A stretch of 45,147 bases of DNA from contig ADNK01002100.1 of NCBI GenBank assembly GCA_000320545.1, positions 1 to 45,147 on the forward strand, in the 5' to 3' direction. A model generated the notes under the pieces. The model made no database searches, had not been told where the DNA came from, and was given only the letters and a program-made list of their open reading frames with translations. Made by a program: the position numbers and the translations under genes. Below, one piece after another: positions 31,249-43,303 of the stretch (positions within the stretch are counted from its first letter, which is position 1; each line of letters begins with the position of its first letter). This DNA comes from Bigelowiella natans CCMP2755. Taxonomy: Eukaryota > Protista > Cercozoa.

Positions 31249-34007
31249 GAGGAGGAGGAGGCATCGTCTTCCAGGTTCATTTACGTTTGGCAACCTAAAA
31301 TGAGCTCAGCCTCTACAGACGACCACGTACTTCCTTCTCCACCTCCTGTTCCTAAAGCCTCCACTGTTGTTGCCGAAACTGTTGTATCTGTTTCAGAGTT
31401 TCTCTCTTCCTCTTTTGATAACTTATCGTCATCATATGCTTCCTCTCCCTTAATCTGCTTATGATTTCCGGTAGAGGGGAGAAGAGTTTTAATATTCCAT
31501 CCATTCGCAACAGAGATCCGATATGCGGCGATCATCATGAGTATATTGCCTGCCAGAGAATGAAAGACATTCAAAGAGGTGCAGAAATACTGGGGGAGGG
31601 GATAAGCATGCTCAGTATGCACAATCTTCCTAATACTATTCTACTACTACTACTACCACTACCACTACTACCTCCCAGAGTTGTTGCAGCTTGCAATGTC
31701 TGCAGGCTTTTCACCTGTTTTGGGGGCATGCATTCAAGTGAATATTCCAGGAAAAGGGGGCTTGATTATTCTAAGACTATTGAGATGATGATGATGAGGA
31801 TGACAAAGATGAAGATAGAGATGATAATCTCCTTCCTAGCCCACCCTACTTTGTCGACTTCTGCTTAAATTTATTCGAATTTCTCCTTGTGCAACGTAGC
31901 TTCTTGCTATCACCAATACTACTGTTATATCCCAAACTGCTACGACCGCATACTCGCCCATACCTCTGGTGCATTGAAAAACCAATGATAAGTGCACGCA
32001 CACAGGCCTGATGTGTGGAGCGGCACCATTGCCCAGGTCAACCCTGTAGTAGCGACAACAGCGACAGAGTCAATAATAATGGCGAGAAATGTGTTTGAAT
32101 TTTGCTTTTTCAAAGTGGAAAGCGAAGAATCATTATATTGGTAATCTAATGCTGGATATCTGTGGTTTAAGCTGCTGCTGCTGCTGCAGCTACTACTACT
32201 ACTACTACTTCTACTACAACTATTACTACTGGCACATACCTTTCCATTCCTCAATGCCAGTCCTCTTGCTAAGACCCCATATCAGCCTTCATACGACGAT
32301 ACATATCAAAGGAAAGAGGATTTTTTAAAAACTGAAAAGCTGATCGATTAATCCTTGCGCAAATCGCCAAAAGAAAGCATAGAAGGGCGAGAGACATCGA
32401 TTTGCTTTGCCTGAATTATTTGATTCATTTACCAATACATCATGTGGCAAAGTAAATGTTGTAGTCGCTCGAATTAACCTCATTGCAACGAGCCACTCGA
32501 TAAGCGATGACCAATGAACCATCCTGGTGATGGATGTGTAGAAATAAATAATCAACAGAAAGGAGGAAGGTACGATGGAGGAATAGACACTCTAATCCGA
32601 AACGGACTTTTCTGCCAGCTGACATCTCTGCTTCAACTACTTCTGGCATCTTGCATGCATGTACCATGTAGGCAGAGAGAGAGCATTAACTGGCTCTGGA
32701 TTGACCCCGAGGTGAAGGAAATTCAGTGATGACGATACGGAAGAGTCCAAGTTTCCAACACCTTATAATTATTAATCATTTATTTTTTTCCATGTAACAT
32801 TCCTAGTGTGAGGAAGGGAGGGAGGGAGAATAAGACAAGCGTCGTAACAACATGCAATAACACACTTTCGTATTACATCTTAGACTCGGTCACACATGTG
32901 AGCATGCGTCAATAGCACGGAGTATTTTGTATATTGTTTTTGTTCATTAACTACCCCATAAATAGGGGTCATGGGCTTGGGTTGGATTTTGCGCGAATAG
33001 GGTCATAACTACAATACCAAGGAGAAGGGGAAGGAGGAGGAGAAGAAAAGAGGAAGACTTTTCAGCTGCTGGACAAGGAACGACACCTTGTTGCTGATGT
33101 GTCAGCTCCATACATACAAACTATTACCGGATGCAAGGACAATTGCCAACGAGAAGACTCCGAGAGGTCGTCTGATAGCAGAGAGGAGCGTTGACTCTTC
33201 CTGGCCTACTATGTATGGCAAAGAATTTTCGTGCACCCATGGACAAAAGCAGGTGTACTGAGAAATTCAGAATAAAGCTGCAGCTATACTTAACTCCGCC
33301 ACCACTGATACTTCTCTAACACCTACTCTGTGCCTGCTCCTTCTCTGTTGGTAGTCTGAGTCCCGCAACAATCAACAAATTCGTCACTGTGAGCAATCCC
33401 TCTGCCGATCCGTGTAGCCTATCACCGAAGGTGAAGAAGAAGAAGAAAAAGAACAAGAAGAAAAAGAAGAAGATGATGATAATGGTGATGATGGACCGAC
33501 GATGAGCCCATTTCAGCGATTGTAAGAATTTTACGCGTAGTCGTTTTATGACTTTTATTGTGTAATCATCACTCTACTTCATTATCTTCTTTACTTTTGT
33601 TAGTTTCTCACCAGTCTACGTCTGAGAGCGAGAGATCGTATTGGCTCATAGCGATGAGTGAGGCAGGAATGGAAGCGAAGACGAACACGAGCAGAAATTG
33701 GAATCCAAAATTTGTCAGAGCATTCACGCCGTTTTCCTTTCGGGACAGCAGATAGAGAAATCCCTGACGTATACATCACTCAATTGGCACATCGTCAATC
33801 TTATATTCGTATTTTCGTGTGGTTCTGCCCATTTTACGTACCAGCCACGGGAATAGAGAGCCCGCGAAAAGGTTGGCGGTGAACATTTCCGATGCATCAA
33901 GAGGAGTAGCACGCCCTACTATCAACGACGCGCTCTGTCGTGCCTGCACAAAAAGAAGGATCGACGTCTTCACGAGGAGAGGAGATAATGCAGAGAGAGG
34001 GGTGGGG

Positions 34008-34054
<47 letters not shown>

Positions 34055-34563
34055 AGAGAAAGAGAAAATAGGGGGAGGGAAACAGCAAAAAATAGAAGAT
34101 TTCGAACCTGACTTAATGGAGCCCTTCTTGACCAGGTATTTGACAATGATCTCTGCGATTGCCCGAAGGAGAGAATCCGAGGTGCAAGCGATTTTTGCTG
34201 TCTCGGTGTGGATGTCCTGGTACTGGAAGCCGAACCCGTTTGAGCAAACTCATTGGAGCCAGCAGGCCATATCTGATGTGATGATGAATGAAATCTCTCC
34301 CGCGAGGAGGGGAGAGAGCGCAGTGTTGAGGAGGTGACGGTGGTTACAAAGTGCAAGGTGGCGATGGCCGTCCTCGTGGACACCATGGAGGTGAGGTCTT
34401 GTATAAATCCCTGATAGAGACCGGGAAGAATCACCTGGATTGTTTTGGGTAATTTTAAGACAATATATCTCGTGGTAGTTGAGGAGCATGCAACTCCCAA
34501 CAAAATGACGGGAAAAATTAAATCGGCGCGCAATCCGCGAAGCCCTTTCGCGGGAAAGTTCAT
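30559..34563 (-). CDS. Plastid-type membrane protein fusing DUF3593 and DUF2499 (Ycf49-like) domains, with bipartite presequence
   Basis: DUF3593 pattern: NLFAGSLFPWL; LTNFGFQFLLVFVFASIPA..YDLSLSDVDW|LHGSAEGLLTVTNLLIVAGL. DUF2499 pattern: NALSLPTW|MVHWSSLIEWLVAM; GLTWAMVPLHTSGLCACTYHWFFNAP. The last exon ends ..ETSTSVPLL* (TGA at 30559-30561). Start approximate. Confidence 0.8.
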
Positions 34564-34776
34564 ATGTGACTTTGCGAAATTAGAAAAAAGGGAATATATT
34601 TTAGTACTACGACAAACGAGAAGAATATTCAAATGAGGGAATCGACTTTGCCTTTCTCCTCCCGCCAAGTTTGATACCTCCGACACCTTTTAAAGACTTC
34701 AAGAGAACGGTCTTCCTAAGAAGCAGCCCAACCAGTTCCTAGCCAAACCTACTCGCATCATATTGAAGTCAACACG

Positions 34777-35812
34777 ATGGAGTCCATACTCGCTGTTATG
34801 AGTGCGGAAGGCCCGATTGTAACTGGTCAGATTTACGATGACACCAACTGCCTTTTAGTGGTGGAGAATTAAAAGCAACTTTTTCCTTTCTAGCACACAC
34901 ATATACGCACACATTAATTGATTAATCGTGCTCTTTATGGTTTCCCTATAACTTAAAGGTGTACTTCTTTCCTCTGATGGCAAGACAAAGGAGTTAAAAT
35001 TGGATATGACTCCACGACTCAACACCCCTGGCTCCACTCTTGGGGGACCAGTAACTTTTTTGGGAGCCATGGGTGAAATAGATGTGGTAATAATGGCACG
35101 AAGGGACCAAGAAGACCTACCAGAGAATCAGCACTCCCTCCCCAAACCGTTCAACAAAATGAAGGTCAATACTTCATCAGCTCGAAACAATTTTGAATAA
35201 TTCGCGTTTTTCCTCAGGTAAACGGAGACATGCTGTTAGTACGTATGAATGAGGATGCGATTCCAGAAGAATTCACTCTTGAGGAATACAACAAGCATGT
35301 TGAGAAAAAGAAATCCGAACCTGATGTTCCGGAAGAAGAAGAGAATCAGGAAACTCATGAAGGTGCGAACTTACAGCCGTCGATAAAAGACTGAACCAAT
35401 AAGACTGTTGTCACGATTTTCATTGTTGCCTCAGAAGCGGAACTCGATGATGACGACGAAGATGAAGATTATGAGGAAGATGAAGATGATGACGAGGACG
35501 AAGTCAACGAGGAGGAGGAGGAGGAGGAGGAGGAGGAGGAGAAGGTTGAGGAAGACGAGGAGGTCAAAGACGAGAACAGAGATATGAATACGGTAATATA
35601 TCGTAGAATAAATTGATATCACATGATTGATTCACTTTTTCATTCTTAGACCACGAATAATGTATCCATCAAGAAGAGACTAAGGTCTTCATCAATTAAG
35701 CCAGCTCAAGCAGCAGAATCTAGGAAAAAATTAAGATCTTCAGGTATACATCTTAAGTTACAATAAATTTCACACTGTAAATATTCAAATTGATTATTTT
35801 TTCCCAGGATAA
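34777..35812 (+). CDS. Small conserved protein with long acidic tail (tentatively DUF5880-like)
   Basis: Exons MESILAVMSAEGPIVT|GVLLSSDG..LGGPVTFLG..NQHSLPKPFNKMK|VNGDMLLVRMNEDAIPEEFTLEEYNK|E/D-rich|basic KKRLRSS. GT-AG junctions. Family call is from memory of the NxHxLPxPF..GDxLL motif; 3' end approximate. Confidence 0.7.
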
Positions 35813-38177
35813 ATATAGCATCGTATTTGCCAGCACCAAACGGTCACCGTGTTGGCGTTTATTGCACTGAAAGTCATGCATGATTTCAAATATCAATTCA
35901 ATAGTACAGATACAGCTCTCGTGAACGTGAACATGAAGATGAGCATCATCTTGGTGAATGGGCAATCTAAATTATCAGCGTATTCACCCAAGAACATACA
36001 TTTTTACATGCTATGTATGGAGAATAAATAATGATCCCACGCGTCCACAGACTAGCATGCATATACGCATTCTGTATCACATCGACGACATGAGGGGGTC
36101 ATCATGGAAGCCATGTTCGCACATTTACCCTGCCACGCAACAAATCAGTCGTGCCATTTTTGTCGTCGCATACATCAATGTGCCAGACACCTGTGTGTCC
36201 ATTGTGCGCAGACAAGAACCAGCCGTACTAGCGTATACAAGCGTCTGTCGCCTCAACTAGTCAATGATTCGGCAAAGTACCTGCACGGCGACATACGTGC
36301 TCGATCTAGTGATCACAAATTGGCACATGTGGGGTCGATCAACTCATGCGTGATGCATGCAATTCACAGAGTTGCCACACAACGGGTTCTAGCTTCAATG
36401 ATTGTTTCACAACGCGTTATAGCGTGCACAGATGAACAATGTGAAGATTTTCACATCTAGATGAATGAACAAGTCAATGAACGAATGCAGCTAGGCAAGA
36501 TGAGTGATTCCTGTGATGCGCAGCTGAATCAGCTGAAGCTCCACCACAATTACGTGGACAATCTAGCTATAGCAATGCTCAATTGATTTCAGAACAAGCA
36601 GATCGAAAGACAAGGAGGACAGAGGACTAGAGGAATTGATGAATGAAGCAGACCCCATCCATGGTGCACTTTTTGTTGCTCTGATACACAACAGCCGAAC
36701 ACTGAGGAAAATGAATGGCCAGTTTCGCACTCGGCGGCCATGGCACTACGATGCTTGCAACAAGCAGTCACGCAAGGATGATTCCATGATTCAGCAGCGT
36801 GTCTCATGCTAGTTAGCAAGGCAACAAACTAGCTAGTACTGGAGCGTTGCGCGTTCCCCCCGCACGCTGCGGCGCATGAACGGACACTGTCGATCAAATG
36901 GATTTGCGTGCATGTGCGACGATCGACAGATGACACACATGAGGTCATGATAGACATGCAATACACAACACATGTGTAGTGCATTGCTGTGTCTGTCATG
37001 GTCTGAATGAATGAATCAATGTTGAAACATTCACATGAATCGATGACAATTTGACATTCAACATGATGTTATGTATAGCAGACAGCCAATCACACAACAT
37101 GCGGCGCTGCTGATCACTGATGAAGGTGCGCCTCAATCAAGCAATCTGGCAACACACGCGCAGAGCTGGAATGAAGGAATCCAGAGCGACATGAAGCAAG
37201 GACTTGCAAGGCTAGCTGAAACAGGCTAATGAACCAACCAGCCGACGAAGATGTAAACTGAAACTCATGCAGTGCAGATGCGCAGAGAGAGAGGGAAGAA
37301 GAACGGAGACTGTTCTGTTGTTGTTGGAGGTTCTGACTCATTGATGAACGAATGCAGTGATTTCAACATGGTGCAGTTGAAAGGGTCATAGGACAAGGAC
37401 ACGCTAATTCATCCGTGCCTAACTCAATCAACTGAATGATTGAATGAAAGAAGCAGTTCCAATGCTTAAATCGAAAGAATCATCAGACGTGCTGACTCAT
37501 CTGCGTCATTCTCCCCCAGCAAGAGCAACCAGAGCTAGAGAGGTTCAAGATTCAACATTGAACATTCGCGTTCACTTCAACATTCCAACAAGATGTGGCA
37601 TTGGTAGCTGCATGTGCCTCGAACAGGTGGACTAGCAGGACGAGCGCTGAAGCGCAACGCACACTCTGCAAGCTGACCTGCGAGGTCCAAGGCACACACT
37701 AGAATTTCCCCAACGGATTGTACTCCACGGTAGCTTTTGTGGGGTTTGTTAGTGTTTTGGCATTTTGTTTCGCAAATACGCGCACAAACCGCCTTGATTT
37801 CCACCGGCAAGTGTTTGACGTTTTCCTTGTTTGAAGAACAGTGGCAACAATTCAGTCCATTTACTCATAAAATACAGGATATTTCTTACTGGCGACATAT
37901 ATTGAACCGTGTTTTAGGATTCAAATAGCCTAAAGCTGGCACATAAGGTTCCCCCCTCCATTGAGCTCTTAGTTTTAAGTAATTTCAGCCTATTGGTTTG
38001 TTCTCCCTTCCGTGTTATGGGGCTGGAACATGGGCGGGCAACAATTTTAAGTTTCGATGGGAAGACTTTTAGCAGTGTCTCATTTTTTTGGTCAAAAGTT
38101 TATAGACACTAATATTGAATTACATTTTACATGATACAGTCTAGGACTTCGAGTGCTTCTGAAGTCGAATTAAGACC

Positions 38178-39536
38178 ATGAAGCGCCCTGCCTACTTTCA
38201 TCCCGATACACGTAATGCGGGAGGGAAGCGAATAATGGATGAACACATGGCTAGCCATAAGTCGAAGCTAAGAACAATTAGATCATCAATTCCGTCCTCT
38301 AAAAAAAGGAGTAGCGCCCCCTCAAAGAAATTTAATCGCAATCGAAGATTACGTGCATCAGGATCATCGAAGTATCCAGCCCCAAAACTGATGGATACCA
38401 CGGCCCCGGATTCATACAAGTATTCAAAGATGATTACGAGGAGACTTTCCGAGACTAGAGAAAAAAAAAATTCAGCACACGAAAAAAAAATGGCAGTGTT
38501 GTTGAGAAGAATACACGCTGATAGAACATTACAAGAACGGAGAAAGGATCCTTTGGATGCAGTGGCTAATCCGGTGAAATTTATTAGAATCACCAAAGTT
38601 GGTCCGACAGCAGAATACGACTACGAAGCTGGCCAGCGAAAAGAGCTCTTTTATAGCAATCCTTTTAGCAATGACGAATTGATACCCGTGTCTACGCATT
38701 CTCCTCGTAGTAAAGGTGTCCCATTTAGAACCGGTTTACCTTCTTCGGTAAAAAGACCTACATCCGCAAGGAGACCTCTGTCCGCACGGAGACCTCAGTC
38801 CGCACGAGTTGCCCGCAGCGCCACATCAAGAGAACTTCGACGACCGAACTCATCGCGTGTTCAACATTCCAGAACCCATCGACCAACGAGTCGTAAGGTC
38901 TAAAAAGTTGTCTGTTTTCTATCATGTTGTTCGTAACAATTTGGAGTTTTCTTTTCACTGATTATATCCATCTTCAGCGTGGGAAGAAGAAGTTTAGGAG
39001 CCACAGACAAAGCCAAAGCGGCATCAAGAAGGGATACGAAAATCGCCAGGCATTTCTGGCTGAGGTGAAGAGGACGATGCTTGGCGAATTCATTGTAAGC
39101 ATTTTTTTTTTAAGTAGATATACGATGATGCTCATAATGGCTTGACACACCACAGGATTCGACAGATACTAACGAGGCGTCGTGGATACCAAAATCTCAT
39201 TCCTCGGATATTATACGTGATAAGAATAACTCGTTGGATGTCATATCCGAGAGGCAAGATAGTCTAAGCATGAGAACTCTCCTTGAGAAAATAGAAGGGA
39301 TGAAGCTTATTGAAGGTAAAATGTCTGACGAGATGGTTGACGAGTTGGCAATGGAATTAGGAGTCGCCCCGGAGGAAAACTCGGCAGATCTACTACTTGA
39401 TGGTCCTATAACAAGTGCATTAAATTATGATTTCGATAAAATTAATAGCTCGGATACCAAAATCTCACGACAATGGGAACAACCAACAACGAAGAAAAAG
39501 AAGCACTCTGAAATCTCGAACCCATGGTCTAGTTAA
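38178..39536 (+). CDS. Basic, low-complexity protein resembling ciliary SPATA7/CFAP97-type proteins
   Basis: N-terminal IMDEHMASHKSKLRTIRS, RPxSA repeats and C-terminal AFLAEV..LIEGKMSDEMVDELAMELG resemble conserved SPATA7 blocks (recalled, not searched). ORFs 38178-38897, 38978-39093 and ~39250-39536; middle junction unresolved. Confidence 0.55.
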
Positions 39537-41183
39537 TATCAATCAATTAAATCTATGTGTGAGACGGATGTAATGAAATGTTTAAAATTTTTCAATGGTC
39601 ATCCTAATGTAGCTGTGCAGTGCAGCGGCTACAGCTATATACAGCGCTTAAATTGTGTGGAACCGCCTTTACGTTATGACCATAAATCCTGCGAATGAAT
39701 GAATGTGCATAGCATGCTCAAGCTAGATCGCGGGCAATATGGCTTGTACGATGCATTCTAGCTGATGATCGATACACTATTACGTCACGCTCGCTAGCAT
39801 AGCTGCACGTGCCTCTGTGCATCCGTCATTACCACTGGTGGCTAGAGACATGTATACACTTATATATACTAGTCTCTAGCGGTAGTGTAGCTGCATGCCG
39901 TATTTGTACGTGTGTCGTACTCCATGCGTGCTAGCGTGCGTCAGGCTTACATTAGTTTACACTTCGTGTACGTGTGCTGCGCATGCGCTGCGGTGCATTT
40001 TGCGTCGATCGTATATATCGTGTTAATTATTATACGGTATTTGCGTTGGATGCACGACAGCAAGTATGATAGACATGCAATGCAATGCACGCGCAAAATG
40101 GCAATTCTAGAATTGAAAAGGAGATCACAAAGATTGACCTAATAAGTTGTGCCATCACATCCCTCTCATTCGCTAGCTACACGGTGCGTGTGATGCATGG
40201 CCGGGCGCCCAGCAGCTAGTAGCATGTGTACGATGTGGGCATGATGCGCGCACACAATTATACAATGTGACCCTGTAGGCTCTAGTCGTGTGCATGGTCT
40301 AGCACATATGCACACATGCACACCGTGTAGTTCGATCAATCGGTGCGGTGTGCTACTCATATGTATACTCATAACACACATGTTCACACGCGCTAGCGCG
40401 CACGCATGCACGAACATGGCCCTGTGTGCGTAGCATGTAGACTTTACAAGTCCCTATGCGTGTACACGCGCAATGAAACCACATGTTGTGTGTCAGTTGT
40501 TCATGTGTGCAAAAAGGCATGTGTGTACTTTTCACATCCACATGTGTACACATGCACCAATCACATGTGGACTTGGACTTAAAGTCCCCATGATCATGGT
40601 GCACACATGGATGGCATGTGGATCAATGTGTTCACGTGTACGCTGCTTTGTGCTACACATGAGTTTGCGGAGGCACATGTGAAGTGGTCGATGCTGTGCA
40701 TGTCACAGACCCGACACACGTACATGAACTTATGAGCCCCTGTGATGGGCTCTATCTAGCCATATATTGCACTGCTGCTGTTGCAATTGGCGGCAGTCGC
40801 AATGAGCGTACAATAGACATACGTGTGTATGATATATATATTATATACTGTGTCTATAGTGCGTATATAGCTACGTACGTACATGCAGCGATGTGCATTT
40901 CCCCTTGCCAACACATGTTTTAAATGTATAATGGTAGCATGGTTCTACGTACTTAGAAATACAAACTTCGACATAGTATGTGTTCCATAGCAAGATATCT
41001 GGCATGCCATGTCCGTGTATGTTGATATACGTTGAACTGAAGCATCCCCCTGTCATATAATCTTTTATTTTACTGATGAAGCAGTCGCTCAAGTAGGATA
41101 TCAAAGATTTACATGCATGTAGAATGCAGTCATTAAACCTTCACTCATCGATACTGGTATTGTTGTCGAGATAAAAAAAATGG

Positions 41184-42662
41184 TTAAACTTGAAGCGATT
41201 TTATTGCTTTGAACACAGCGTTTGCCTGCCCCATGGTAATTCCTAGCTGCATCATCATTGGACGATCCAAGTCGAGCAAAGCTTCCCCAGTGACATCCTG
41301 ACCCCCGAACTTACTTATCGTTTTGTCCTTAATGTTGAATTTTTTTGATACAGCTTGCATCCATGCAAGCACATCCTTTGTTCCCCATACAGATGGAGCG
41401 TCGCTGTATGAGGCGTCTTCGGCCTAAAAAAAGAAGGATATCATGCAAGTCAGGCAATGCTGATGACGCTTCCAAGATGTCTCCTCATACAACATACCTT
41501 ATTCTTCATATTCTTCATTTTTCCTTCCTCCTCCTGCTCCTCTTCATCCTCTTCATCCTCACTGTTCTGCCCAGCCTTCACATACTTATTCCATGTGATA
41601 TTCGAAACTCCAAGGGCGGATAACATTTCTACATGAGTTCTTTGGCTGATGCTATGCTCTTTCCGATACTCGGCTAACTGCTTGATCTCCCTAGAAGAGA
41701 TCTTCTTATCCATTATGAAAACTCGCAACATCATTTTATAGTCCTGCAGCCCACGCTTTGCCCCAAGGACTTCCTGAAGTGCGTTTTTCCCTTGCTCTCC
41801 CAATGTAGGAACGAAACGCTTGGCTTCCTTTGCCTTTTGATTGTTGGGGACATGATCTGGATTTACTATTCCCGCAGAAACAAGTCTCTTCTTAGTTAAA
41901 TTTGTGTAGACGTCGCGCAAGCTAGAATACGATCTATCCTCTAGAGAGCTCGATTGGCCTTTCGACAGGAATATGTACTTTCCCTGCAAAGGATTATACT
42001 GCAGGAGAATGTGCAACACTGAGGTGCGTTGCTTAATGGATAACACGATACGCCCTATCTTGGAGCTGCTCGCTCGAAAAAGAAAGGTGCCGAGGGTGCG
42101 GTATCCAAGCATCCCCTCCGCCTCGACTCGTGAGATTTTCGGGAAGAAATATCTGTTGGACAGTTGGGGAGTTAACATAATATACCGAAATCAGTTCTTA
42201 AGAAGAGGATACCTTTGATATTTATGTAAAATATAACAGCAATATTCCTAGCTCTGGTGCCAATAAACTGCGATGATCTCGCAGTACTACTACAAACGCA
42301 TCCCAGCAACATGTTTTTCAGCCCCGGTAGAACCGAAAAGACGGGAAGAAGTAAACATCGTAGTGATTTTAACATTCTCCTTCCCAGACGAAACCATAGT
42401 TTTTCAAAAATATCTAACACAACATGCTGAGCGCGGCGTCACGCCACGAACAATCAGCGTACTTCCCAAAAAATCAAAAGGAGAGGAATAACGGCCTTCT
42501 CCTTGTCTTTGGTGACTTACATGTATTTCTGGTCCTGCTTGCTCATCGCGAACACAGATTCGGGCGCGGCCTGCACCCCCCTCAACTACCGTGGACCGAA
42601 ATTGCCGATGATCTGTCAGCCAACTTGTTTTTAGCCGACTTGCTTTCTGGGCCTTTTTTCAT
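41184..42662 (-). CDS. SH2-domain protein with C-terminal SAM domain
   Basis: SH2: YFFPKISRVEAEGMLGYRTLGTFLFRASSS..IVLSIK..VLHILL. A helical module follows (YKMML..DKKISSREIKQLAEYRKEHSIS..H..LG). SAM: WGTKDVLAWM..FGGQDVTGEALLDLDRPMMMQLGITMGQANAVFKAIKSL*. The 5' exons and start are approximate. Confidence 0.8.
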
Positions 42663-42926
42663 GCTGAAAACATGCGCTATCGTGTACCTGTTTTTCAAAT
42701 TGAGGAAAAAGTGATAACCGTTGTCGCAGGCCGTGAATGTCATCAAACCAACCAGATGTGGGGGAAATTCGAAGTTTGCCTAATCGATTGTCGCACTAAA
42801 GGAATTCTGTCAATTTTTGTGCTGCGATAACCATGGTTGCGGTGCCATGTTGGTAGGCCAGGGGATGCATCCGACAAAGTGCCCGACTGTGGTCATTGCG
42901 AAGCTCGTTGTCCAAGTGGACTAGGA

Positions 42927-43252
42927 TGTTGCGCGTAAGGTGTTCACAGGCCGAGGCGCTACGTGCACAAGTAGGCAGGGGGGGGGAAAGGCACGTTTGC
43001 TTCCTTTTGAAGAGTTGTGTTTATTTTTATTAAAGATTATATTTTTATTAAATCGTGCACTGCGTAATCATTCGCGAAGCTTTCGCGAATGCCGCCGCAC
43101 GTGGGGCAGCACACTTCCGGTGTGCTGCCATGAGTCCCGCCGGAACCCACGTGCCTATGCTGTATTAATATCTACGTTATCTATATTCTATATCCGCGAC
43201 AACCCCTTTGTTGTCGCACGTGACTTGTGCCCGCGTAGTGGTACGCGCTACA
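42927..43252 (-). repeat. 3' LTR of second copy (326 bp)
   Basis: tgttgcgcgtaagg...gtacgcgctaca is the reverse complement of the LTR, followed by cctccccc (PPT). Confidence 0.96.
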
Positions 43253-43303
43253 CCTCCCCCAAGTCACGTTGCTCCTTCCTTCCTTCCTTATTCCCTTAGA
43301 CCT

